Virus record (IMG/VR): IMGVR_UViG_3300011977_000415 | Coordinates: 1-64,000 of that record | DNA: 64,000 bases | Reading direction: 5' to 3' (one strand) | Source: a virus | Lineage: Duplodnaviria; Caudoviricetes | Part shown: positions 9,159 to 19,006 of the stretch, one piece after another | How the letters are laid out: the number at the start of each line of letters is the position of its first letter | How positions within the stretch are numbered: position 1 is the stretch's first letter | Notes under the pieces: model-generated | The model's input: the letters and a program-made list of their open reading frames with translations, nothing else | Told to the model about the DNA's origin: nothing | Databases searched by the model: none | Program-made: the position numbers and the translations under genes

Positions 9159-10958
9159 ATGGCAGTTAAGAACAGTCAGCGATTCGCAGAGATAGAGCGT
9201 CTGATGGGCGACTACTTCGGGTGTCACCTTGCCCCCGTGATGGGCAGGGTGCAACGGGACTTGTCCAACAGACAGGCAGACGAGATGCGAGCCTACTCCA
9301 ACAGTACGGCTGGCATCCTACGCTCATTGGCCACTGCCAATATGCCTGGTGATGACCCATACGCCACGCTGAAGATTACAGGCAAGTGGAACAGCAAGAC
9401 CACCGAAGACTATCTGGCGATGTGCAAGGAGGCTATTGTCGGCAACAAGGATATGCAGCGTGACCTTGCCGTGATGGCTGAGGAATGGCGCAAGGCGGTG
9501 GTGACGGAGATAGGACGAGAGCGGTACGATGCACTCTCTAAACAACTCGGTTGTGATTTGGCATACGCCTATATCGATCACCGCATGGAGCAGCTGATGA
9601 TAGAAAAAATGGTGAAAGACCGTATGCCAACATCTTCTGCCGACTATATCATCCGCAAGGCGGCACAAAGCAGTCTGTTCGGTCTGCCCTACGAACTGAA
9701 CAAGTCACCCCTTGCCGCAGAGATAGAAGCCAAAGGAGAGGCAGCCTATAAGCCCTCTCGAACAGATAAGGCAGCGGGATGGGCAGCCGGAGCGGGTGCC
9801 GATGTCGTGGCCATGGGAGGGATTGGCTCATGGGCAACCTTCGCCAAGTTTGTCGGTATCGATATGGTGATGAATGTCGGCATGGAGCACCTAAGCAAGA
9901 AAGGTAGCAGCCAAGAGGTCTGTGTCGAGGAGTGTATCAGCAAGGGAGTTTTCGGTACGGGCACCAACGTCTTCGCCTCATTCCGCAAACAGGCAAAAGT
10001 CATCAAGAACCACGAGAACAGCTATATCAAGGCTACCAACAGCCATTTCAAGAACAAGATTCCCACGAGCAATATCACTTTTATGGATTGGACGAAACAA
10101 ACCGAGCAGACCTCTTTTCCTTGGAACAAAGGTACGTTCCTTGACCCTCAGAGAAACGAAGCAACCAAACGTACAGGCAAGTACAAGGATGTGCCCTTGA
10201 TAGTTGCGCCTGGACAGGAAGACGAGTATCTGGAGGTTAAGGCGAGACTGGATGCAGAGGCTGAGAAGGAGAAGAAGGCAGAACCGAAAGAAACTCCTGA
10301 TTCATCGACTGAAGAGGCAACACCATCTGTAGTCCAGCAGGAGGAAACAGCCTTACAAACAAACGAAAATGGATGGGACGGGCTGTTGCAGAGTTTTGGA
10401 CTGAACGGCTTTTCAGACATCGGCAAGAACCTTGGTTATGTGTTGGCGATGCTGCCCGATGTACTGGTGGGACTGTTCACTGGCAAGACAAAATCGCTGA
10501 ATATGGACAATAGCCTCCTTCCTTTGGCCTCTATCGTGGCTGGAATGTTCGTGAAGAATCCTATACTGAAGATGCTGTTGATGGGTATGGGAGGTGCCAA
10601 TCTGCTCAACAAAGCGGGACATGAGGTGCTGGGCAGGAAACAGCAGGAAGGCATTGCACCTACAGTTAGTCCTGCTGCATCTCGCATTCAGTACCGCCAA
10701 TATCCTGATGAACCACTCAATCCTCGTATCAGCAACCCGATGCTGCAAGGGCGGTGTCTCGTTGCCAACATTGACCATGTGCCTTGTACCATTCAACTGC
10801 CTGACAGTGTGATTGGGGCGCATCAGTCGGGGGCATTGCCGCTGAATACATTGGCTAACGCCATACTTGCCAAGAACGACCAGATGCGACAGATGGCAGC
10901 AATGCAGTACGAAGAGCAGGCACGGGAGAGCGTGGTGCGACCGAGGGGAATACAGTGA
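9159..10958 (+). CDS. hypothetical protein (599 aa) with hydrophobic Gly-rich segments
   Basis: Long ORF in operon. Confidence 0.75.
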   Translation: MAVKNSQRFAEIERLMGDYFGCHLAPVMGRVQRDLSNRQADEMRAYSNSTAGILRSLATANMPGDDPYATLKITGKWNSKTTEDYLAMCKEAIVGNKDMQRDLAVMAEEWRKAVVTEIGRERYDALSKQLGCDLAYAYIDHRMEQLMIEKMVKDRMPTSSADYIIRKAAQSSLFGLPYELNKSPLAAEIEAKGEAAYKPSRTDKAAGWAAGAGADVVAMGGIGSWATFAKFVGIDMVMNVGMEHLSKKGSSQEVCVEECISKGVFGTGTNVFASFRKQAKVIKNHENSYIKATNSHFKNKIPTSNITFMDWTKQTEQTSFPWNKGTFLDPQRNEATKRTGKYKDVPLIVAPGQEDEYLEVKARLDAEAEKEKKAEPKETPDSSTEEATPSVVQQEETALQTNENGWDGLLQSFGLNGFSDIGKNLGYVLAMLPDVLVGLFTGKTKSLNMDNSLLPLASIVAGMFVKNPILKMLLMGMGGANLLNKAGHEVLGRKQQEGIAPTVSPAASRIQYRQYPDEPLNPRISNPMLQGRCLVANIDHVPCTIQLPDSVIGAHQSGALPLNTLANAILAKNDQMRQMAAMQYEEQARESVVRPRGIQ

Positions 10959-11040
10959 AGCCCGACAACAAAATTGTCGGGAACGGTGGCTTGGTAAGCC
11001 AATTATAGAATGTGATTGAGATAAACAAAAAGATAAAAGC

Positions 11041-13497
11041 ATGAAAGAGAAATCAGAATTTGAGAAGCGGACGGCGGAGAAGCAGGTGTCGCTGCTCACT
11101 GAGGCACTGACGAGTGCGGTGGATGCCAAGGGACATTGGTTGAATGCAAGCGGCAAACTCTATCCGAAGCTCTATCCCAAGGGCTTTTCGGTCAGTCCGT
11201 TCAATGCCCTTGTCCTTGCCCTTGACTCCGATGCCAAGGGTTGCAAGAGCAATCTGTTTACGCAGTTCTCCGAAGCGAAGGCACGGGGTGAGAGCGTGAG
11301 GGAGCATGAGAAAGGTGTGCCGTTCCTGTATTACAATTGGAATAAGTACGTCAACCGCAACAATCCCGACGATGTCATCACCAAGGAGGCATACGCAGAA
11401 CTGTCGGAACAGGACAAACAGCAGTACAAGGGAGTGAAAAACCGTGAGATCCGTGTGCTGTTCAATATCGACCAGACGCTACTGCCTATGGCTAACGAAA
11501 CAGCCTACACTACGGCATTGAAGAAGGATGGCACGGTGGAGGATAGAGGTTATGGCGACAAGGAGGACAAGCAGCTGCATGGGTGCGTCAACGGATTCCT
11601 TCAGAAGATGAAGGACAACCTCGTGAATGTACGTCAGGACGGCACGGGTGTGGCGCACTACGACACCGAGAAGGATGTCATCTACCTGCCACGGCAGCGT
11701 GACTTCGAGCACTACAATGACTATGTACAGGAGATGATGCGTCAGTTGGTGTCTGCCACCGGTCATCAGCAGCGGTTGGCACGTGAGGGCATGGTCATGA
11801 AGAACGGCAAAGCCCCGTCGGAGGATGCCGTGAAGAAGGAACGACTCATCACTGAGATAGCTTCGGGCGTGAAGATGCTCGAACTGGGACTGCCTGCCCG
11901 TCTGTCAAAGGACAGCCTTAGCATGGTGGACTATTGGACGAGGGAACTGAAGGAAGACCCTTGTCTGATTGATGCCATCGAGAGTGAGGTGAACGGTGCG
12001 CTGAAGGTGTTGAAGAAAGCCGAACTGGGTGAAAAGGTGGAGTATGCCACCGACCAGCATCAGCGAGAGACGGCGCAGATACAGGTGCAGTTGCCCAACC
12101 ACTACTTCGTAGCAGACGAAATCAAGCAGCATCCCAACGAGGAGCAGCGTACTGTGGTCATCGTGCGTAATGATGCCAGCAAGACCGCCGATGTGGTGCT
12201 GCCACAGGGTGCATCGTTGGAGGTGAACAACGAGATCAAGGGCATGAACAAGCAACGCTTCACCAATGCCTTGCAGAAAGAGGGTTATGACAACGTGCGT
12301 TTCTACAATCCCGACGGAGCCTTGGGCTTCCGTCCCGACGACAGTTATTTCGCCGACAAGAAAATCACGGTATCAAGACTGCGCAACTGGTCTATCGAAG
12401 ACCTATCCTCGTTGGATGCTTCTGAGGCCGTAACCCACAGCCGTGACATCGGTTTCGACAATGTGCAGTTGGTAAAGGATGACAAGGAGCGGTGGGCATT
12501 GTACATCAAGCCCGAAGGTAAGGAGGGCTTTGCCGTCTATCCCGACAAAGGAGACCTCAATCATTTCTTCACCACCTTGAAGCAGTCGATGGACAACATC
12601 GAGCGTGTGCGTGAGGAACTGGCACAGAAGTATTATGCTATGGCAGAGGCGAAACCCGACCTGAAGGTGGACATCTTCGGAGGTAATGAGCAGGAGGTTG
12701 ATTTGAACCGCATCCAGCGTGTGGCAGTATTCCGTGCCAAATCGGGCGAATGCCTGTGTGCAGCCACTATTGACGGCAAGAAGTTGCAGCCGAGAAGTGT
12801 CAGTCCGTCACAATGGCAACGATTGTGGGTGGCTCCTGACAGGGATTCCTACAAGCAGAACCTTGCCGCCTCGCTGTTTGCTGATGTATTGCAGAAAGAC
12901 AACAATGTCGAGCAAAGTACACAAGAGAAGCAGGAAGAAGCGACGGAGGTGAAGCAAGCGGAGACGGCAATTGTCGATAAGCATGATGAACAGAAGGAAG
13001 TGGTACTTAAGGAAGATAAAAGCTCTGAACAAAGGGAAGAGAAGAAACAAGAGGAAAAGAAAGAAGAAAAGAAGGATGAAAAGGCTGTCAAGGCTGCTGT
13101 CTCTCCCCTTGTCCAACAATATCTTGACTTGAAGAAGAAGCATCCTGATGCCATTCTTTTGTTTCGCTGCGGTGACTTCTATGAGACCTACAAGGATGAT
13201 GCGGTGAAGGCATCCAAAATATTGGGTATTACGCTGACAAAGAGCAATGGGCGCAAGGATGATGAAGGCAAGCCGTTGGCAATGGCAGGATTCCCATATC
13301 ATGCCCTCGACACCTATCTGCCGAAGCTCATTCGTGCTGGTGAACGGGTGGCCATCTGTGACCAGTTGGAAATGCCGAAGCAGACAACATCATCGAAGCG
13401 TGGAATTACGGAGATGGTGTCACCTGGAAAAGAGACAGGAAAGCAGATGGCACAGGAAAGTCAAGAAACAGAACAACACACCAGTCTAAGGAGATAG
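11041..13497 (+). CDS. polyvalent protein: ArdC-N ssDNA-binding domain + degenerate zincin (MPTase) + C-terminal MutS domain I
   Basis: FNALVL...[10 protein letters not shown]...EKG and LFNIDQT (ArdC-N); AHYD...D.I.LP....F then [10 protein letters not shown] where HExxH is expected; [24 protein letters not shown]...[30 protein letters not shown] (MutS_I). Confidence 0.8.
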   Translation: MKEKSEFEKRTAEKQVSLLTEALTSAVDAKGHWLNASGKLYPKLYPKGFSVSPFNALVLALDSDAKGCKSNLFTQFSEAKARGESVREHEKGVPFLYYNWNKYVNRNNPDDVITKEAYAELSEQDKQQYKGVKNREIRVLFNIDQTLLPMANETAYTTALKKDGTVEDRGYGDKEDKQLHGCVNGFLQKMKDNLVNVRQDGTGVAHYDTEKDVIYLPRQRDFEHYNDYVQEMMRQLVSATGHQQRLAREGMVMKNGKAPSEDAVKKERLITEIASGVKMLELGLPARLSKDSLSMVDYWTRELKEDPCLIDAIESEVNGALKVLKKAELGEKVEYATDQHQRETAQIQVQLPNHYFVADEIKQHPNEEQRTVVIVRNDASKTADVVLPQGASLEVNNEIKGMNKQRFTNALQKEGYDNVRFYNPDGALGFRPDDSYFADKKITVSRLRNWSIEDLSSLDASEAVTHSRDIGFDNVQLVKDDKERWALYIKPEGKEGFAVYPDKGDLNHFFTTLKQSMDNIERVREELAQKYYAMAEAKPDLKVDIFGGNEQEVDLNRIQRVAVFRAKSGECLCAATIDGKKLQPRSVSPSQWQRLWVAPDRDSYKQNLAASLFADVLQKDNNVEQSTQEKQEEATEVKQAETAIVDKHDEQKEVVLKEDKSSEQREEKKQEEKKEEKKDEKAVKAAVSPLVQQYLDLKKKHPDAILLFRCGDFYETYKDDAVKASKILGITLTKSNGRKDDEGKPLAMAGFPYHALDTYLPKLIRAGERVAICDQLEMPKQTTSSKRGITEMVSPGKETGKQMAQESQETEQHTSLRR

Positions 13498-13501
13498 GCT
13501 T

Positions 13502-15058
13502 ATGGGAAAGAACGCAGCGTATGCCGCACAATATGCGGAGGAAGCCAAAGAACAGATGCGGATGTATGGGATTCCTGCCTCCGTCATCTTGGCGCAAGCC
13601 ATACTGGAGAGCAGCAACGGACAGAGCCAACTGTCGCGCGAATGCAACAACCACTTTGGCATCAAGGCTACGGCATCGTGGTTGAAGAATGGCGGAGAGT
13701 ATGGAGTCTATACGGATGATAGGCCCAACGAGAAATTCTGTAAGTACAAAAGCGTGGGTGACAGTTATGAGCATCACTCGCAGTTCCTGAAGCAGAACAA
13801 GCGTTATGCGCAGTGCTTCACGCTGTCGCCTGACGACTACAAGGGATGGACGAAGGGCATTGAGCGTGCCGGCTATGCCACGGGCGGCGGTTATGCTGCA
13901 AGTCTGCAGCGCATCATTGAAGCCAACGGACTGGACAAGTATGACAGTGAGGTGATGGCTGAGATGCGGGCAGAAGGTCGGTCGTTCGGGGTGGAGAATA
14001 ATCCTCGTAGAGAAATGCCTGCTGCCCATGTACCGCAGTCTGCCGGGTATTCCTTTCCTGTGGAGCGAGAGGAGTTTCTCTTCATCACCTCGCCTTTCGG
14101 CAATCGCCAGGATCCGATGGATGCCACCAAGCAGCAGATGCACAAGGGCATTGACATCAAGACGAACCATGAGGCGGTGTTGGCCACGGAGAACGGCGGC
14201 AAGGTGGTGGCGGTGAACCATAATGCGAACACGGCAGGAGGGAAATCCGTCACCGTGGAATACAGCCGTGAGGATGGCAGCAAGGTGCAATGCTCCTACC
14301 TGCATCTGTCTGACATAGCAGTAAAGGTAGGTGACGTGGTTAATGCCAGTCAGAAGTTGGGGGTGTCGGGAAATACCGGCACCAGAACCACTGGCGAGCA
14401 TCTGCATTTCGGAGTGAAGAGTGTATCGGCTGACGGCTCAAAAAGGGATATGGATCCAGCCGCTTATCTGGCAGAAATCGGACAGAAAGGCAACATCAAG
14501 CTACAGGCCCTGCATAACGGCAATGACCTGTTGGCAAAATACAAGAGCAATGCGCCACAGGAGCAGAAGGTTTCGTCGGAGGACTGGATGAAGAAAATCC
14601 TTTCCTCGGAGGACAGCGGCGTGGGCATTTCGGGAACGAATGACCCTATACTCGACATGGCGATGACCACCTTCATGTCGCTGATGATGTTGGCAGCGCA
14701 GATTGACAGCAATGATGAGGAACGACAAAAAGGACTTATCTCTGCCATGGCAGCCAACCGGCTCGTAGATTTGACCTCGCTTGTTCCAGGCATGAGGCAA
14801 TGCACCATTACTGTGGGTGAGAACGGCAAGACTGTGCTTCATGCAGAGAGCGGTACGGTGAAGATTGACCGTGAACTGACCTCCTCGGAGATGAACCGCC
14901 TGTCGCTCATTTTGGGCAATGCCAATCTGTCGGAAGAAAGCAAACGGACGAAGATTGCGGGAATGGTGACAGGCATCGTGGCGACACAGCAGGCTTCGCA
15001 GAACTTCGAGCAAGGGATGGAGGCTGAGAGTCAACAACAAAATCTGCAAAGGAAATGA
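13502..15058 (+). CDS. GH73 glucosaminidase + M23 peptidase fusion
   Basis: IPASVILAQAILES, NNHFGIKA, GYAT (GH73); TSPFGNRQDP, HKGID, YLHLS, TGEHLHF (M23). Confidence 0.9.
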   Translation: MGKNAAYAAQYAEEAKEQMRMYGIPASVILAQAILESSNGQSQLSRECNNHFGIKATASWLKNGGEYGVYTDDRPNEKFCKYKSVGDSYEHHSQFLKQNKRYAQCFTLSPDDYKGWTKGIERAGYATGGGYAASLQRIIEANGLDKYDSEVMAEMRAEGRSFGVENNPRREMPAAHVPQSAGYSFPVEREEFLFITSPFGNRQDPMDATKQQMHKGIDIKTNHEAVLATENGGKVVAVNHNANTAGGKSVTVEYSREDGSKVQCSYLHLSDIAVKVGDVVNASQKLGVSGNTGTRTTGEHLHFGVKSVSADGSKRDMDPAAYLAEIGQKGNIKLQALHNGNDLLAKYKSNAPQEQKVSSEDWMKKILSSEDSGVGISGTNDPILDMAMTTFMSLMMLAAQIDSNDEERQKGLISAMAANRLVDLTSLVPGMRQCTITVGENGKTVLHAESGTVKIDRELTSSEMNRLSLILGNANLSEESKRTKIAGMVTGIVATQQASQNFEQGMEAESQQQNLQRK

Positions 15059-15237
15059 AAAGGATAGCAAGTCATCTGTGTACATTGCTGGTGGGTATGG
15101 TAGCTGTGGCAGGACACTTCATGCTTACCCAATGGCTTTTCGGTCAGACCGTGGCCATCATCTATCTCGGCTTCCAACTTATCATAGCAGCGTGGATAGT
15201 CTATGAACTGATACGTGCGCTAGTATATGATGATTGA
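15055..15237 (+). CDS. small two-TM membrane protein
   Basis: 60 aa, two hydrophobic helices, overlaps the upstream stop. Confidence 0.55.
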   Translation: MKRIASHLCTLLVGMVAVAGHFMLTQWLFGQTVAIIYLGFQLIIAAWIVYELIRALVYDD

Positions 15238-15309
15238 AAAGAGATTATTGTCATTGCTAAGACATTTCACTTGGACGATGGATATGTATAATTCAAATAG
15301 TATCGAGCA

Positions 15310-15915
15310 ATGATCAAATGTAATGTAACAGTGTGCGGAACGGTCAGCAAGGCTGCGACCTGCCGCACGAACAAGGAGGGCAAGGCATTCGTGAGCTTTG
15401 CCATGAACGTAGTCATTCCAGCGAAGAGCGGGATTAACAAGACCATCGAGGTGTCGGTCATCAAAGATGGGACACTGACGGAGGTGGGCAGCTGCAACAT
15501 CGGCGAACGCATTGAGGTAGCCGGTGTATTGGTACCAAGAAAATGGGGCGATGTCCTTTATTTCAACCTGTCGGCAAGCAGCATCAGCCACCAGCCTGAC
15601 GAGGCAGAGGACTGCATCAAGGGCGTGATGGAGTTCCGCGGCAAGGTGGGCAAGAGCATTGAGGACAAGACGGACAAGAATGGTGTGCCGTACTGCCAGT
15701 TCTCCGCTTTCAGCGCAGAGAAAGTACAGGACGGATTTGAATACATCTGGGTAAGTTTCTTCCTATTCGATGGCAAATGCGAGGCATGGCTGCAACCAGG
15801 CGTGAAAGCGAACATCAAAGGGGCATTGTCTGTCAGTGTCTTCAATGACAAACTGGACTTCTCCTGCCGAGTGTCTGAAATGAGCGAATATGTTCCGCAG
15901 CCCTATAATGGTTAA
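15310..15915 (+). CDS. tandem OB-fold SSB-like protein
   Basis: Two repeats of a V...G.V.K....T.K.G..F..F pattern. Confidence 0.6.
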   Translation: MIKCNVTVCGTVSKAATCRTNKEGKAFVSFAMNVVIPAKSGINKTIEVSVIKDGTLTEVGSCNIGERIEVAGVLVPRKWGDVLYFNLSASSISHQPDEAEDCIKGVMEFRGKVGKSIEDKTDKNGVPYCQFSAFSAEKVQDGFEYIWVSFFLFDGKCEAWLQPGVKANIKGALSVSVFNDKLDFSCRVSEMSEYVPQPYNG

Positions 15916-15921
15916 TTGACT

Positions 15922-17844
15922 ATGGGAAAGCCTTATGCTAAGGAAGGTCCGAGTGCCGAAGACAAGGCACTCGACCTGTTTGCCGATATGATGATTGAGC
16001 GTATTCAGTCGCTGTCGGGCAAAGACGGATGGAAAAAGCCCTGGTTTACTGAAGGTGCGTTGCAATGGCCGAAAAACCTGAACGGACGAGAATATAATGG
16101 CATGAACGCTATGATGTTGCTCCTGCATTGCGAGAAGGAGGGTTACAAGATTCCTCGCTTCTGTACCTTCGACCGCATACAGCAGTTTAACAAAACTGGC
16201 AAGAAAGACGAGGAACAGAAGCCCCGTGTGTCAGTACTGAAAGGTGAGCATTCTTTCCCCGTGATGCTCACCACGTTTACGGTGGTCAATAAGGAAACAA
16301 AGGAACACATCAAGTGGGAGGACTACAAACTGCTCTCTCAGGAAGAGCGCGAAAAGTACAATGTATATCCAAAGCTTCAGACTTACCATGTCTTCAATGT
16401 GGCGCAGACCAACCTGAAGGAGGTCAGACCAGAGTTTTGGGAGAAACTGGAACAGGAATACTCGATGCCCAAGGTAGAGAAGGACGAGCAGTTTGCCTTT
16501 GAACCCGTGGATAGGATGATAGCGGACAACCGTTGGATATGTCCCATCAAACCGATGTTCGGTGATTCCGCCTATTTCTCCATCAGCAAGAATGAGATTG
16601 TGATGCCTGAGAAAAGGCAGTTCAAGGATGGGGAGTCTTTCTACTCGAACCTTTTCCACGAGATGGGACACTCCACGGGTGCGGAGGGACAGTTAGACCG
16701 CATCAAGCCCGCTACCTTCGGCTCGGCAGAGTATGCACGCGAGGAACTGGTGGCAGAACTGACGGCTGCGCTGACCGCTCAGCGGTATGGCATGACAAAG
16801 CATCTGAAAGGAGATTCGGCTGCCTATTTGAAGTCTTGGCTGGATTCGCTGAAGGAGTCGCCGCAGTTCATCAAGACCACGCTACTCGATGTGAAAAAAG
16901 CTACCTCAATGCTCACGCAGCATATCGACAAGATTGCTATGGAGATAGACCAGGAGAAAAAGGCTGAGCAGGAAAACGGGCAAGGGAAAAGTTATCTATC
17001 CATAGATGACGGCGACCATGCAGTCTTGGCATATAATGGTTCTGCTGTATATATCCAGCATCATGAGAAGGAGGACTCTGTAAAGATTGCTGTGCCGACG
17101 AGTAACGGTCTGGAAGTGAAACTCTCTGTTCCTTACGACCACGGCAAAGACCTTGACACCAATTATCAGGAGGCTTTTGCCCAGTACAAAAGCCTGACAG
17201 AGCCTTCACAATCGAAAGAAAACGTCTATTATGCCTCCATCGCCTATCTCCAATCAACGGATGACACATCGGAACTGGATAAGCTAAAGGAGAAAGGTGA
17301 CTATCAAGGACTGCTGACGCTTGCCAAGGAATACTATGACGGGAACGGCATGGACGAGGAGCAGACCTACAGGAAGCCGTGCCAGAACAGAGGCGATGAC
17401 CTGCTAATAGAGGACAAGGACTTTGCAGTGGTCTATAACGGGAGTGTCGGCGGTACGTATGAGGTGTTCCTGAAGCATACGGAGCAAGAAGTGCGTGACC
17501 ATATCACTCGCTATGGCATAGGACGTGCCAGTGAGGACGTGAAGGCTGTGGCGAGGGAGATGACCGCCGAAGAGTTTTCGGAATTGGCGCAGCGAAAAAT
17601 GCCGATATTCCAAATGCCGAATGGTGGTTTGCTGAACCTGCAATATAACAAGGATAAGGATAGCCTGGATGTGGGGACTGTGACCAATGCAGGACTCTCT
17701 GTGAAGCATACCTTCCCTTTCAGCCACAACCATTCTATGGACGCAAACATCAGCTCTGCGTATGAGCAACTGCTTGACATGGAGGAGTACCAGAAGGAAG
17801 AGGTACAAGAGGAGCACGTTGCCAAGTCCGCTTTCCGAAGATGA
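15922..17844 (+). CDS. ardC: ArdC-family antirestriction protein (DUF1738 + zincin MPTase) with C-terminal extension
   Basis: WKKPW, PKNLNGREYNGMN, YHVFNVAQT, FHEMGHST, YAREELVAEL, SAAYLKSW. Confidence 0.85.
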   Translation: MGKPYAKEGPSAEDKALDLFADMMIERIQSLSGKDGWKKPWFTEGALQWPKNLNGREYNGMNAMMLLLHCEKEGYKIPRFCTFDRIQQFNKTGKKDEEQKPRVSVLKGEHSFPVMLTTFTVVNKETKEHIKWEDYKLLSQEEREKYNVYPKLQTYHVFNVAQTNLKEVRPEFWEKLEQEYSMPKVEKDEQFAFEPVDRMIADNRWICPIKPMFGDSAYFSISKNEIVMPEKRQFKDGESFYSNLFHEMGHSTGAEGQLDRIKPATFGSAEYAREELVAELTAALTAQRYGMTKHLKGDSAAYLKSWLDSLKESPQFIKTTLLDVKKATSMLTQHIDKIAMEIDQEKKAEQENGQGKSYLSIDDGDHAVLAYNGSAVYIQHHEKEDSVKIAVPTSNGLEVKLSVPYDHGKDLDTNYQEAFAQYKSLTEPSQSKENVYYASIAYLQSTDDTSELDKLKEKGDYQGLLTLAKEYYDGNGMDEEQTYRKPCQNRGDDLLIEDKDFAVVYNGSVGGTYEVFLKHTEQEVRDHITRYGIGRASEDVKAVAREMTAEEFSELAQRKMPIFQMPNGGLLNLQYNKDKDSLDVGTVTNAGLSVKHTFPFSHNHSMDANISSAYEQLLDMEEYQKEEVQEEHVAKSAFRR

Positions 17845-17908
17845 GAGTAGTATCGTAGTATATACTAATCGTAGGCTTTACTACTCATAGTAGGTACTAA
17901 CAATAGTC
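17845..17908. repeat. cluster of TAGTA/TACTA-type short repeats (parS-like site 1)
   Basis: gagtagtatcgtagtatatactaatcgtaggctttactactcatagtaggtactaacaatagt. Confidence 0.55.
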
Positions 17909-17941
17909 AGCCGCAAGGAGTAATGTCCCTGCGGCTGATTT
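17906..17941. terminator. bidirectional intrinsic terminator
   Basis: agtcagccgca...tgcggctgatt stem between convergent genes. Confidence 0.7.
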
Positions 17942-17950
17942 AATTTGGGG

Positions 17951-18322
17951 TCATTCCATATTATGAAGGAATGCTTGTAAATCCTCGTCTGGAATGCTCT
18001 TCAGTTTCACCGGCTTGAAGCCGTCCAACTGCTCCACTTGAAATATCTCGTCCACTCCATATTTGGAGCCATCCACCTTTACGCTCTCCATTTCATTGAC
18101 GGAGGTATAGCCATACTCCGTTTCATGCAGACCGCATACGATGGTGAACAACGTGGTGTCGTTACCTTCCGGCTGTCCTTCAAGTACGAACCAACGGACG
18201 TGTCCGATGAAGAATATTGCCACACAAACGGCATCCTTGCCTTTGCCGTCCTGTGAATACAGAGGATAGGATTTCAGTATCTCCTCCAATACGGGTGTAA
18301 TCAATCTGCTTGCCATAGTCAA
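17951..18322 (-). CDS. DUF2958-like protein
   Basis: PLYSQD...FF....WFVLE...L...EYGY.S..E...V pattern. Confidence 0.65.
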   Translation of the reverse strand: MTMASRLITPVLEEILKSYPLYSQDGKGKDAVCVAIFFIGHVRWFVLEGQPEGNDTTLFTIVCGLHETEYGYTSVNEMESVKVDGSKYGVDEIFQVEQLDGFKPVKLKSIPDEDLQAFLHNME

Positions 18323-18612
18323 TCGTTGTTAAGTGTTCTGTAATACATTCTGTTCTCTACAAGGTGTTCGATGGCCTCTGCTGCCAATCGGCACACCCAC
18401 TCGTCACGCTGGTCATAACGACCTTTTTGATAGTCGTTGGCAAGGCGTTCCAAGAAGGCAAACACCACCTTGCCCTTTTCGTTGATAAGATAGCGATGGT
18501 CATCTGCAAGGGCATTGCCTACCTTGGCGGCTGACCCCATCTGACCGTTTACGAACCGTGAGAAGCACTCGACAAATGCCTGCTCGTTTTCTGATAATCT
18601 GTGTAATTCCAT
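18319..18612 (-). CDS. hypothetical protein
   Basis: ORF coupled to the DUF2958-like gene; downstream of hairpin A. Confidence 0.65.
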   Translation of the reverse strand: MELHRLSENEQAFVECFSRFVNGQMGSAAKVGNALADDHRYLINEKGKVVFAFLERLANDYQKGRYDQRDEWVCRLAAEAIEHLVENRMYYRTLNND

Positions 18613-18670
18613 ACGCAAAGAAATTATTTGTTCAACTTGTTTTTCTTCCCTCCTTTTGAAGCCTTTCGGC

Positions 18671-18878
18671 TCCTCTTGTCGGGAACTGATTTTTCGTGCA
18701 TCAAAAGACTGCGGAATGAGGGCGATAAGGCAAGAAAACAGACGGAGGAGTTAATGAAATACCCAAATCTTTGATTTGCGGAAAGCTGTCGTTCAGTCCT
18801 CTGCCTGTTAGCATGGCGGTACTTGACCATTCGCCCGGGCAGTAACTTTGCAAAGAAAAATGGGCATCGGCAAGTGGA
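18671..18878 (+). promoter_or_regulatory. long imperfect hairpin A, candidate ssDNA (Frpo-like) promoter
   Basis: Nested pairs cttgtcg/cggcaag, atttttc/gaaaaat, actgc/gcagt, gggcga/tcgccc, aacag/ctgtt, caaatc/gatttg; TAACTTTG at 18843 on the right arm. Confidence 0.65.
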
Positions 18879-19006
18879 ATAGACACTACAAAACAGGAAA
18901 ATCATTGATTTTTAGTGCATTTTTCTTTATTTCTTTCTTTGATTTAGGATAAAATATATAACTTTGCCTCCGAAAAAGTGTCACAAGTGACAGTTTTTCG
19001 TAAAAT

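Noticed and set aside
13090-13400. Host mismatch-repair gene mutS
   Set aside because: Only domain I is present, fused to ArdC; no ATPase or clamp domains
1571-17844. Canonical CTnDOT-type tra operon
   Set aside because: No TraG/VirB4, TraJ, TraK, TraM, TraN or coupling protein recognisable in the window
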